Origin: an uncultured Nitrososphaera sp.
GTDB lineage: Archaea > Thermoproteota > Nitrososphaeria > Nitrososphaerales > Nitrososphaeraceae
Assembly: GCA_964574725.1 (NCBI GenBank)
Contig: CAZNOV010000001.1
Location: forward strand, 2,971 to 35,272
Reading direction: 5' to 3'
Length of the DNA stretch: 32,302 nt
Both the position numbers and the translations under genes were made by a program. The notes beneath the pieces were generated by a model, which worked only from the letters and a program-made list of their open reading frames with translations, made no database searches and was not told the origin of the DNA. Of this stretch, positions 24,486 through 32,302 are shown one piece after another; the stretch's first letter is position 1, and the number at the start of each line of letters is the position of its first letter.

Positions 24486-25949
24486 TTGCCTTATAAATTA
24501 GTCGACGGCAGGATTGAGCCACAGGCGTTTTCCGCCGATGCAGTCATCAAGAAACTCAAAGTGGATAATATCAAGTTCCTCGATCTTCAGTTCACCAGCC
24601 TCTTTGGGAGGTTTCATCATACGACGATGGACTCGAAGATGTTCCGGATCGAGGATTTCACTGACGGGCTTCCAAAACTCGACGGTTCCTCGATCAGGGG
24701 CTTTACAGAAATCCAAGAGTCTGACCTTATCATCAGGCCTGACCCTTCCACCTACGCCACTGTTCCGTGGATCGGCACGCCAACCGCAAGGCTGATCTGC
24801 GACATTCTGAGCGGCGGCAGCAAGCGTGAAACATTTCCCCGTGACCCGAGAGGCATCGCGAAAAAGGCCGAAAAATACCTTTCCGAACAAGGTTACGAAA
24901 CTTCCTACTGGGGTCCCGAGATTGAATTCTTTGCCTTTGACAAGCTTGAAGTAAACACTATGACGCCCTACCAAGGGCAGAGTTACCACATCGCATCCAA
25001 GGAGGCGCCATGGTCCACAGACAGCGTAGGTTATGCTCTCAGGCTGAAGGAAGGTTACCTTCCAAGCGCTCCGGGGGACACCCTCATGGAGTACCGCAAC
25101 GAATGCGTGGACGTCCTGACGAACAATTTTGGCATCTTGTGCGACGCGCATCACCATGAAGTGGCAACCGCCGGCCAGTGCGAGATCGACATCAGGTACG
25201 ACAGCCTTCTCAATGCCGCCGACTCGGTCCAGAGCTACAAATACATCGTCAAGAACATCGCAAAGAAGCACAACATGATTGCGACCATGATGCCCAAGCC
25301 GATTGCGCTTGACAACGGATCCGGCATGCACGTCAACGTCAGCATCTGGAACAAAGGAAAGAACCTCTTTTATGACTCATCCGACGACTATGCCGAGCTG
25401 TCCCAGATGGCACGGTACTTTGGCGGCGGCATCATGGAACACGCACATGCTATTGCAGCCATTGTGGCACCCACCACAAACTCATACAGGAGGCTCGTGC
25501 CGGGATACGAAGCCCCGGTTTATGTCGCCTGGAGCACAGGAAACAGGTCTGCGATAATCAGGATTCCAGCCCACTACAAGGGCGCCAAGTTTTCGCACCT
25601 GAAGCGCATCGAGTTCAGGGCTCCTGACCCGTCGTGCAACCCGTACCTTGCATTCTCCGCCATCCTTGCGGCCGGCCTAGACGGGATTAAGAAGAAAAAG
25701 TCGATCGGCGACCCGGTCAACGAGGACATTTTCAAGATGACTACAAAGAGAAGGCGCGAGCTGGGAATAACGCAGCTCCCCGCCAGCCTAAGGGAAGCCT
25801 ACGAGCAGCTGCAAAGCGATAACGCGTTCCTAAAGCCGGTCTTTGACAATGAAACCATAGACAGGATAGTGGAGCATGAAGAAAAGGAGCACGTAGAGAT
25901 CGCAGTAAGGCCCCACCCCCACGAGTTCTCGATGTACGCCGATGTCTAG
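24486..25949 (+). CDS. glnA: glutamine synthetase type I
   Basis: DGSSIRGF, GPEIEFF, HHHEVA..GQCEI, MPKP...DNGSGMH, NSYRRLVPGYEAP and RIEFR.PD motifs. Confidence 0.98.
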   Translation: MPYKLVDGRIEPQAFSADAVIKKLKVDNIKFLDLQFTSLFGRFHHTTMDSKMFRIEDFTDGLPKLDGSSIRGFTEIQESDLIIRPDPSTYATVPWIGTPTARLICDILSGGSKRETFPRDPRGIAKKAEKYLSEQGYETSYWGPEIEFFAFDKLEVNTMTPYQGQSYHIASKEAPWSTDSVGYALRLKEGYLPSAPGDTLMEYRNECVDVLTNNFGILCDAHHHEVATAGQCEIDIRYDSLLNAADSVQSYKYIVKNIAKKHNMIATMMPKPIALDNGSGMHVNVSIWNKGKNLFYDSSDDYAELSQMARYFGGGIMEHAHAIAAIVAPTTNSYRRLVPGYEAPVYVAWSTGNRSAIIRIPAHYKGAKFSHLKRIEFRAPDPSCNPYLAFSAILAAGLDGIKKKKSIGDPVNEDIFKMTTKRRRELGITQLPASLREAYEQLQSDNAFLKPVFDNETIDRIVEHEEKEHVEIAVRPHPHEFSMYADV

Positions 25950-26076
25950 GATAGAAGAAAACAACTCATTCGATGGGAGTCCTTCAAGAGAATCCTGCAG
26001 GTGACTGAGTACATGAGAGGGCTAGGATTCTCTCTCAAACACAATCGATATTGCGTGGTGGTACAACTCAAATAGT

Positions 26077-27117
26077 GTGGGAAGAAGAGCCTCGGGTTCC
26101 GCACTTGCGATGATGGCCGCGTTGCTGATCTCCGGCTATGCAGCCCAAGCCCAAGCGGCCCAGATAGACGCGTCGTTGATCCCAGAATACGACAGGGCAG
26201 TCGGGACGTTCACCGGTTTGAAAGTTGTCCAAATTCGGTACGAACCCGAAAGTGCGGCTTCCGAACTTTTCGACGGCCGGACCGAGCGGGTCGAATTTTC
26301 TGTAGAAGGGACGAATTCTAGCGGCATTAGCGGCCTGATTTCCGCTGTCAACCGGGCCCTGGTTGCGGAAGAAAGCCCTGCCCAGATCTCCAGCGCGAAC
26401 GTCACATACTCTGGCGTGTTCAGGGGCTCGCCCGATAGGCTGCTGCTCACCTACCGTGTGGAGCTGACATCGACTTTCAGCGGCTTCAAGCTCGACTCAA
26501 ATGCCACGGACAGGATACCGATGGATATCAACTGGAGAGGGTTCACTGTCAATGGGCCGGTGGTAATAGAGTCTCCGGAGTTCGGCCTAGTGAACATTAA
26601 TCAACCGATAGGGCTTCTCGAACCCACCTTCCCTGATTTCGCAGAAAAGCTCTTGCAGACCGAGGCGAGTTCCATACTGTTAGAGCCGATATTGGACTTC
26701 GAGGAAATCGGAGCAACGGGCATAGAAAAGTGGCACTTCCTGTTTGACCCGACCTTCTCGCTGACCGGCTCCAAGGGGATCCTTAGGGGAGACATCGGGA
26801 GCGCGAAGGTATTATCGGTGTATTCACTTGGAGAATGCAGCATCAGGGAAGGGTGCCCGCTTCCGAAGGAAGGCGATGCCAGCGTTACGGTGGACGGTAG
26901 CGAGCTGGATGTGCACTTTACTACACCAACGCCGAACTCGCAGATAGAGATCGCCGGCTTTACCAGCATCGAGCAGGCAGGAGCTCACCAGATACTGAGG
27001 GTGACAATGGAAGAGCGAGACGCCGGGATCCCGGTGTTCACCATCCAGGTACTCTTGGTCCTGGGCGGCATGATGGGCGCGATCGCATTCTTTGTGCTGG
27101 TCAAGTCAAGAAAGTGA
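26077..27117 (+). CDS. exported/surface protein with signal peptide and C-terminal TM anchor
   Basis: Basic-hydrophobic-AQA N-terminus; C-terminal hydrophobic helix plus KSRK. Confidence 0.82.
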   Translation: MGRRASGSALAMMAALLISGYAAQAQAAQIDASLIPEYDRAVGTFTGLKVVQIRYEPESAASELFDGRTERVEFSVEGTNSSGISGLISAVNRALVAEESPAQISSANVTYSGVFRGSPDRLLLTYRVELTSTFSGFKLDSNATDRIPMDINWRGFTVNGPVVIESPEFGLVNINQPIGLLEPTFPDFAEKLLQTEASSILLEPILDFEEIGATGIEKWHFLFDPTFSLTGSKGILRGDIGSAKVLSVYSLGECSIREGCPLPKEGDASVTVDGSELDVHFTTPTPNSQIEIAGFTSIEQAGAHQILRVTMEERDAGIPVFTIQVLLVLGGMMGAIAFFVLVKSRK

Positions 27118-27120
27118 TTG

Positions 27121-27372
27121 CTAACTTTTCCACCGTTCAGCGATCCCGGTCCACCAGGCGCGATAGGGATTTGCATCTGCTCCGATCTCATCCTTTATCC
27201 GGTGCTCAATAGAATAAAACATGTTTTCCATCGCGTCGCTGCCTCCATCGGTGTAAAGCTCAAGGCCGATTTCCCTGACCCGCGCCTTCTTTGCACCGAG
27301 CTCCGGAGACTGGGGGTTCTGAATACAAAATGTGAGAAGATCGTACAGCTCTTCTTCAAGGTACGCATCCAC
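27121..27372 (-). CDS. small hypothetical protein (83 aa)
   Basis: ATG 5 nt after the parvulin stop; IG.EL...GG..AM and W.GI..W pattern. Confidence 0.72.
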   Translation of the reverse strand: MDAYLEEELYDLLTFCIQNPQSPELGAKKARVREIGLELYTDGGSDAMENMFYSIEHRIKDEIGADANPYRAWWTGIAERWKS

Positions 27373-27377
27373 CTGAA

Positions 27378-27656
27378 TCAGTCCAGCCTCTTGATAATGT
27401 GGTAGCCAAACTCCGTTCGGACCGGCTCGGACATCTGTCCCTTTTCAAGTTTGAACGCCGCATCTTCGAAAGGTCTGACCATCATTCCCCTGCCAAAATA
27501 ACCGAGGTCTCCTCCCCTCTTGCCGCTTCCTTTGTCAATGGAGAGCTCCCTCGCAAGATTTGCAAAGCTTTCTCCTTTTCCCACCCGTTCAAGGACCGCA
27601 AGCGCTTCGCTCTGCTTCTGAACCAGTATGTGGGAGCACTTGATCTTGCCAGCCAT
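27378..27656 (-). CDS. single-domain parvulin-type peptidyl-prolyl isomerase
   Basis: CSHILV, F..LA.E.S.D..S..RGGDLG.F..G.M..PFE.AAF and TEFGYHII; start MAGKIK at 27656. Confidence 0.95.
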   Translation of the reverse strand: MAGKIKCSHILVQKQSEALAVLERVGKGESFANLARELSIDKGSGKRGGDLGYFGRGMMVRPFEDAAFKLEKGQMSEPVRTEFGYHIIKRLD

Positions 27657-27760
27657 CCGTGAAGCATTCAGGTTGGCGAAGAATAAACTTTTTCCTTTGA
27701 GCACCGGCATTCTTTCGATGCGAAATCAAGATATAATCGCCTGCAACTAGCAGGAACAGA

Positions 27761-28063
27761 TTGGCAGGCGAAGAAGAATCTGCGTCTTCTGCCTCTTCCA
27801 TACCGTTCCCCACGCTGACGATCTTGTATCTTCCTGCAGAGGCGATGGCGGTCGTGGAGGATGTGAGTCAAAAGTACTCCAACTGCACTGTCGAGGACTG
27901 TGTTGGGTTCTTTCATGGAACCCAGAGGACGTACAAGAAAATAACCATTTGGAGTCAGGGAATTGACAGCCTGTGGCTCAACGCCGTAGTAGCCAAAGTG
28001 AAGGAGCTGGCGGGCGTAGATTTCGTCACGCTTGTATCCGGCGGCATGATGCACGTTCTCTAG
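27761..28063 (+). CDS. hypothetical protein (100 aa)
   Basis: TTG start about 25 nt after a TATAAT box; alternating beta/alpha pattern. Confidence 0.68.
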   Translation: MAGEEESASSASSIPFPTLTILYLPAEAMAVVEDVSQKYSNCTVEDCVGFFHGTQRTYKKITIWSQGIDSLWLNAVVAKVKELAGVDFVTLVSGGMMHVL

Positions 28064-28121
28064 GTTGAAACGGGTGCCTGGTTATGCATCCTCAAATACG
28101 GGATTTGACCATTATCGCGGC

Positions 28122-28259
28122 ATGGAAGGGGAAGAAAAGATAAAGCGCTGCCCGATATGCGGATGTACCGAGCACAAGCTGATAGGCTGCGGAAGGCACT
28201 GGGGCAAACACAAGCCCGGTCCGGACGGCAGATGCGAGGAGCGTCACTTTAGCTCGTAA
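28122..28259 (+). CDS. possible 45-aa Cys/His-rich microprotein
   Basis: MEGEEKIKRCPICGCTEHKLIGCGRHWGKH...C..RH; overlaps the convergent HD gene by 16 bp. Confidence 0.42.
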   Translation: MEGEEKIKRCPICGCTEHKLIGCGRHWGKHKPGPDGRCEERHFSS

Positions 28260-28813
28260 AGCGCCAGAGAGAGCTTGAATGCAAGCCTGTCGTCAGTCGC
28301 CACCGCAAGCGGGGTGACGTATTTTTCGGTTTCTTCCTTGTACCTTGCAGCCCGCATTGCCTTGCCTTTCATAGAACGGACCCCGTCGAGCCTGTCGGCG
28401 AGCTTTACGTACTTTGCGTCCTTTGGTGCCTGAGATATTTTCTTAAAGTACTGCTCCAGAATTTCGTCCTTATCTTCCGCGCGGACCTTTGGCTCTGTGG
28501 CTGCACGCACTATGGAATGGACGCGCTCGCCATATTCCTTGATATCCTCATCTGCAGCTTCCAAGGCGTCGTGCAGCAGGGCAGCGCAGGCAAGCTCGCA
28601 ATCGCGCAGCTGGAGCTCTTCCACAAGGATCGTCGCCACTCTCAGCGGGTGGTTGATGTACGGCTCGCTCTTGTTGAATAGCTGGCCCCGATGAATCTTT
28701 GTGGCAAGCCCAAAAGCCCGTGTAAGCTTGACCACGTCGTCAGTGTTTTCAAACGACCTTAGCAGCCTGGCAAAGCCGGCCTTTGGAAAATCAGTATTGG
28801 CATCCATGTTCAA
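28244..28813 (-). CDS. stand-alone RelA/SpoT-type HD domain protein (MESH1/small alarmone hydrolase-like)
   Basis: H.GQ, EPYINHPLRVA, AALLHD and VKLADRL motifs. Confidence 0.88.
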   Translation of the reverse strand: MNMDANTDFPKAGFARLLRSFENTDDVVKLTRAFGLATKIHRGQLFNKSEPYINHPLRVATILVEELQLRDCELACAALLHDALEAADEDIKEYGERVHSIVRAATEPKVRAEDKDEILEQYFKKISQAPKDAKYVKLADRLDGVRSMKGKAMRAARYKEETEKYVTPLAVATDDRLAFKLSLALYELK

Positions 28814-28939
28814 CGACCCATCCTATGATGGCTTTTGTATAAAAACGGATGGGGTGGCAGCAGCCCGCAACACATCACATACATAAGATATTGTAGCAGA
28901 AAAATCTATTATCCTAGTGCGGAGAAGCTAAAGGTAGAC

Positions 28940-31060
28940 ATGACATTCGGAAGGTCGGCGCCTGCTGCGCTTGTCGCATTGCTGCTGGCGGTGTCAGCCG
29001 GCATTCCTGCGGTCATTGCCGAAGACGCGATTACGTTTGAGTCGTGGGACTTTCGCGCCTCAGGCAACATACTCGCCATGTCCACATTGAAGGACGTTAC
29101 CGGCGACGGCGTTGATGATCTTGTTGTCGCGGCGCTGGATAGGTCGGTTTACCTTGTGGACGGGGTATCCGGAGAGAAGGTTTGGAGCTATACTGCCAAT
29201 AAATTCTACAACTGGCATGCTATAGCGTCTTGGCCGGCCATCGACGCAGATGTCAATGGCAAGTCAGACGTCGTCGTCAGCACTAAAGACAGGCTCGTCA
29301 TGCTTTTGGACGGGGCTAAAGGCAAGCAGCTGTGGGCATTCAACGTGACTGACAGCCTCTACACCCCGGGTGGCGCCTGTTCTCTCTCGCTGCGCTCGAT
29401 TCACATCGCTTCTGATATCGATGGTGACGGAGTGCCGGACGTGGTCGCAGTATCCGGCACTGGCGACAGCTGTGCCCAGAACGACAAGTTCACGGTGCTC
29501 GCGCTCAGCGCAAAGGACGGCGAGACGCTGTGGGAATATGTGCACGACGAAGACTATCATGGCCTAAAGGACGGGACAGTAGGCAGCAGTCCCGCTGTCG
29601 TCATTGACTTTAACAATGATGGCACTAGGGACGTTGCGGTGGCAGACGACCAGGGATCACTTCATGTCGTTAACGGCCTGACGGGCAGCGAACTGCGAAG
29701 CACAAAGGTCGGCGTATTTGGCGCAATCTGGAACTTTGTCGAAATCCCGGACATCTCGGCCGACGGGCAGCCCGATGCCATAGCCTTTGAATTCATCGAC
29801 GGGGAAGGCGGCCCCGACTACGCAAGCATTGACGCCATAGACCTGGTTAAATCCAGGGTTATCTGGCAGGCCAAAATAGGAGACGGGCTGTACAACAGTG
29901 GAGCCCTCTACTCTGGCGCGTGGATGAACGATGCCGCTTCTTCCGGCGCTTCCAGCGCAACTACGTATTTCGCGGTCACGCAGAGGATTCACGATGCTCT
30001 CGACCTAGTCCTTCTCGACATAGGAACAGGTCAGCAGATCTGGAAATTCCGCCTTGGAGAGGAGCAGAGCAGAAATGATTTGGAAAAGCGATACCCCGTT
30101 GCCAGGATTGCCGATTCATCAGGGGGCAATAACGACGAATTGGCGGTCGGATCGATTGACTCAAAGCTCCACCTGCTCGACCCTGCCAGCGGCGCGACGA
30201 TATGGTCTCATCCTATCAACGGCGAGATCAGCGGGATAACTTTCATCGCCGCTCATGAAGGCCAGAAGTATATTCTGGTCGAGGACGTGTATTTCGGGAT
30301 CCGAGCACTATCCAGGCAGACAACAATACCGACAGAGCTTTCGATAGAGTCTTCGTCGAAAACTGTCATCGAGTCTTCCAGGCTCGTAATTACTGGCACG
30401 GTCTCTCCTCCGTTCCCCGGCGAAATAGTCCAGATACGCTATGTGGATCCTTCTGGATCCGTAACCACAAAGACTCTGGTGCTGGACAGAGACGGGACGT
30501 ACACCGACGTGATCGAGCCGGAGAAGATAGGCAGCTGGAAGGTGAGTGCAGAATTTAAGGGCGAGGGATTTTACCTTGACTCAAAGAGTCCGACGATTGA
30601 CTTCACGGTGATAGAGGAGGTGGAGGCCTCCGTATTTACACTCAGGGTTAGGGGAGACAATCAGGCCGAGATATCTTACCCAATACTTTACCACATAGAC
30701 GGCGGTCAGGTGACTGCAATGGGCGTGGATAAGGAGGAAAGGTCATTGGAGATCGCAATCAACCCGATGTCACCAGACGGCGGCCTGTTGATGGTGGAGC
30801 TGCCAAGGAGCGTAATCGACGCCGCGGGATCCAGCTTCCAGGTCTTAGTGGACGGCAGGGCTGCTGATTTCGAAGAGATAAAGACTGACAGCAGCATGCG
30901 CTCACTGTCGATACCCTTTGAAGAGAACTCGAATCGGGTAGTGATAATCGGGACCTATATCGTTCCAGAATTTTCGTCATTCGCTCCGGCCTTGCTCGCT
31001 GCGGTAATGGCATTAGTTCTCGCTGTGGGAATGCGCGGCAGGCTCAACTTGAGAACATAG
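28940..31060 (+). CDS. cell-surface FG-GAP/PQQ-like beta-propeller protein with Ig-like domain and PEF-CTERM sorting signal
   Basis: Signal peptide from ATG 28940; repeated D..GDG..D Ca-binding loops and G...W blades; C-terminal IIGT..VPEF + TM + basic tail. Confidence 0.88.
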   Translation: MTFGRSAPAALVALLLAVSAGIPAVIAEDAITFESWDFRASGNILAMSTLKDVTGDGVDDLVVAALDRSVYLVDGVSGEKVWSYTANKFYNWHAIASWPAIDADVNGKSDVVVSTKDRLVMLLDGAKGKQLWAFNVTDSLYTPGGACSLSLRSIHIASDIDGDGVPDVVAVSGTGDSCAQNDKFTVLALSAKDGETLWEYVHDEDYHGLKDGTVGSSPAVVIDFNNDGTRDVAVADDQGSLHVVNGLTGSELRSTKVGVFGAIWNFVEIPDISADGQPDAIAFEFIDGEGGPDYASIDAIDLVKSRVIWQAKIGDGLYNSGALYSGAWMNDAASSGASSATTYFAVTQRIHDALDLVLLDIGTGQQIWKFRLGEEQSRNDLEKRYPVARIADSSGGNNDELAVGSIDSKLHLLDPASGATIWSHPINGEISGITFIAAHEGQKYILVEDVYFGIRALSRQTTIPTELSIESSSKTVIESSRLVITGTVSPPFPGEIVQIRYVDPSGSVTTKTLVLDRDGTYTDVIEPEKIGSWKVSAEFKGEGFYLDSKSPTIDFTVIEEVEASVFTLRVRGDNQAEISYPILYHIDGGQVTAMGVDKEERSLEIAINPMSPDGGLLMVELPRSVIDAAGSSFQVLVDGRAADFEEIKTDSSMRSLSIPFEENSNRVVIIGTYIVPEFSSFAPALLAAVMALVLAVGMRGRLNLRT

Positions 31061-31178
31061 AAAGGATCTTGAGCTCCGAGGCAGGCTGGCTCGCGATACT
31101 AAATAATGTAAAAAACTAGGAAATTGATGGATGCCTCTGCATGGCTGCTACCAAATAGAGGCGTCTTTGCAAGTTCCT

Positions 31179-31514
31179 CTACATGCTAGACGAGGAGCTA
31201 GAGCTCTCGTCCATGCTTCTGTACTCGCTATAGCTGGGTTCATCCGGATTGTACGAGCCCATCGGTTTTTCCTGCTGTGTGGTGTCTGATGCAAACGTGG
31301 TCACGTCCGGAGACGTGTCAGAAGTCATCACCGGGGCCGGCTCGGAATACGAAACCCTGCTTGGAACACTCTTCTTTCTGGCAGCCGCCTTTTTCTTTTT
31401 CGCGGCGCCTTTGCGCGCCTTGGATTTTGTCGCCTTTCTCGCCTTCTTTCCCTTAGAGAGCTTAGCCTGCTTGCCCTTTCGCTTTCCCTTCTTTTTGGCT
31501 TTGGCTTTTGCCAT
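31179..31514 (-). CDS. Lys/Ala-rich histone-H1-like protein with acidic Ser-rich tail (111 aa)
   Basis: ATG 31514 lies about 28 nt after a TATAAG box; 26 of the first 48 residues are K/R, none acidic. Confidence 0.72.
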   Translation of the reverse strand: MAKAKAKKKGKRKGKQAKLSKGKKARKATKSKARKGAAKKKKAAARKKSVPSRVSYSEPAPVMTSDTSPDVTTFASDTTQQEKPMGSYNPDEPSYSEYRSMDESSSSSSSM

Positions 31515-31793
31515 ACGGATAGGATAAAATGAATACTTGTTCTTATAGTTGTTCTTTTCCACATCAGATTCCGGAAAAACATCAGCTAGAAGATCTGGGA
31601 CGCAAGAACAATCGAATCTCAATTCGATATATCGCTAGCGACACGCATTGACGCTAATTGGCGGCATGGAGAATATTACGCGCGGTGATTACTATTGATC
31701 AAGAGAAAATTTTCGTTTGGTAAAGTCACTAGGAGTTCTGACTCGGACGGAACAAGACATAATAATTGATCAAGGGCACAATCTCCAGGGCTC

Positions 31794-32302
31794 TTGGCTG
31801 ACAGCAAAGGCTACTATGCAATTCTTGGAATTCCGGAACGGTCCGGCTACCAGGAGATAAAGCGGTCATATAGGAGGATGGCAAGGTATTACCACCCCGA
31901 CAGGAACCGCTCGGCATACGCGGAAGACATGATCAAAAGGATAAACGCTGCATTCGAGGTCCTTTCGGACGAGACTAAGAGAACTCATTACGACAGATCG
32001 GAATACGAGGTTTCAGAAGAGCCCGTCCCTGAGCCACAGACCTATTCGGTGAACGTCGGCGCTGGTGTGTCAAGGCAGGCTCGAGGCAGCGTGCAGGAAG
32101 GCGTGTTTGCAGACTTTTTCAACGGGACTGCTTTTCTGGACACCCCGAAGGGCCGGTTCCACATCACCGTCGAGCCTTCGCTGTGCATGGCATTTGGAAG
32201 CTGTGAAACCCTTGCGCCAAAGGTTTTTTCCGTTGAAAAGAACAAGAGAGTGAACCCCAAGGCAAAGGTGGAATGCGAAACATGCGCAGACTATGACAGC
32301 AT
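31794..32302 (+). CDS. DnaJ-domain/ferredoxin fusion (DnaJ-Fer), 3' truncated; not in ORF track
   Basis: TTG start; YYAILG...EIKRSYRRMARYYHPD...INAAFEVLSD..KR..YD J-domain; then ITVEPSLCMAFGSCETLAP.VF ferredoxin motif; frame open to the window end. Confidence 0.9.
   Translation, partial: MADSKGYYAILGIPERSGYQEIKRSYRRMARYYHPDRNRSAYAEDMIKRINAAFEVLSDETKRTHYDRSEYEVSEEPVPEPQTYSVNVGAGVSRQARGSVQEGVFADFFNGTAFLDTPKGRFHITVEPSLCMAFGSCETLAPKVFSVEKNKRVNPKAKVECETCADYDS

Noticed and set aside
24498-25331. 277-aa minus-strand ORF
   Set aside because: Antisense shadow of glnA, explained by codon bias.
31130-31165. 9-bp stem GATGCCTCT/AGAGGCGTC between convergent genes
   Set aside because: Long loop and one G-T pair; at most an ordinary 3'-end structure.
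31685-31741. GTGATTA...CTGA as a second C/D sRNA
   Set aside because: Mismatched C box, no convincing D'/C' pair and no terminal stem.
1-32302. CRISPR array, IS element, provirus or replication origin
   Set aside because: No regularly spaced repeats, transposase/integrase/capsid motifs or ORB-like repeats near a cdc6 gene were seen.

Overview
Gene-dense archaeal chromosomal window, most likely from a soil-type ammonia-oxidising archaeon (Nitrososphaeraceae). The taxonomic call is inferred from aMBF1-HflX-Trm56, archaeal NAC, GINS15, a single-domain parvulin, a PEF-CTERM surface protein, a DnaJ-ferredoxin fusion and many TTG/GTG starts about 25 nt behind TATA-like boxes. It opens with the 3' part of tRNA-Gly(CCC) and a phosphate cluster (PiT, DUF47, AbrB-PhoU). 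It then runs through translation/RNA genes, DUF2182, an ArsR-SRPBCC pair, an AMP-forming acyl-CoA ligase, an M1 aminopeptidase, dCMP deaminase, PolX-PHP, an SQR-like flavoprotein, an SDR, GINS, glnA, parvulin, a RelA/SpoT-type HD protein, an FG-GAP surface protein and a histone-H1-like basic protein. No mobile element or CRISPR array was seen. The most interesting signals are outside the ORF track: a box C/D guide sRNA downstream of trm56; two coupled 41-aa single-TM peptide genes ending in a perfect 14-bp hairpin; an NrpR-spaced palindrome at the glnA promoter; a perfect 22-bp palindrome in the pit/DUF47 divergent region; dCMP deaminase joined in frame to an unknown ORF across a single TAG; and a truncated DnaJ-ferredoxin with an atypical Cys pattern. 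All functional calls rest on motifs read by eye; no searches were run.
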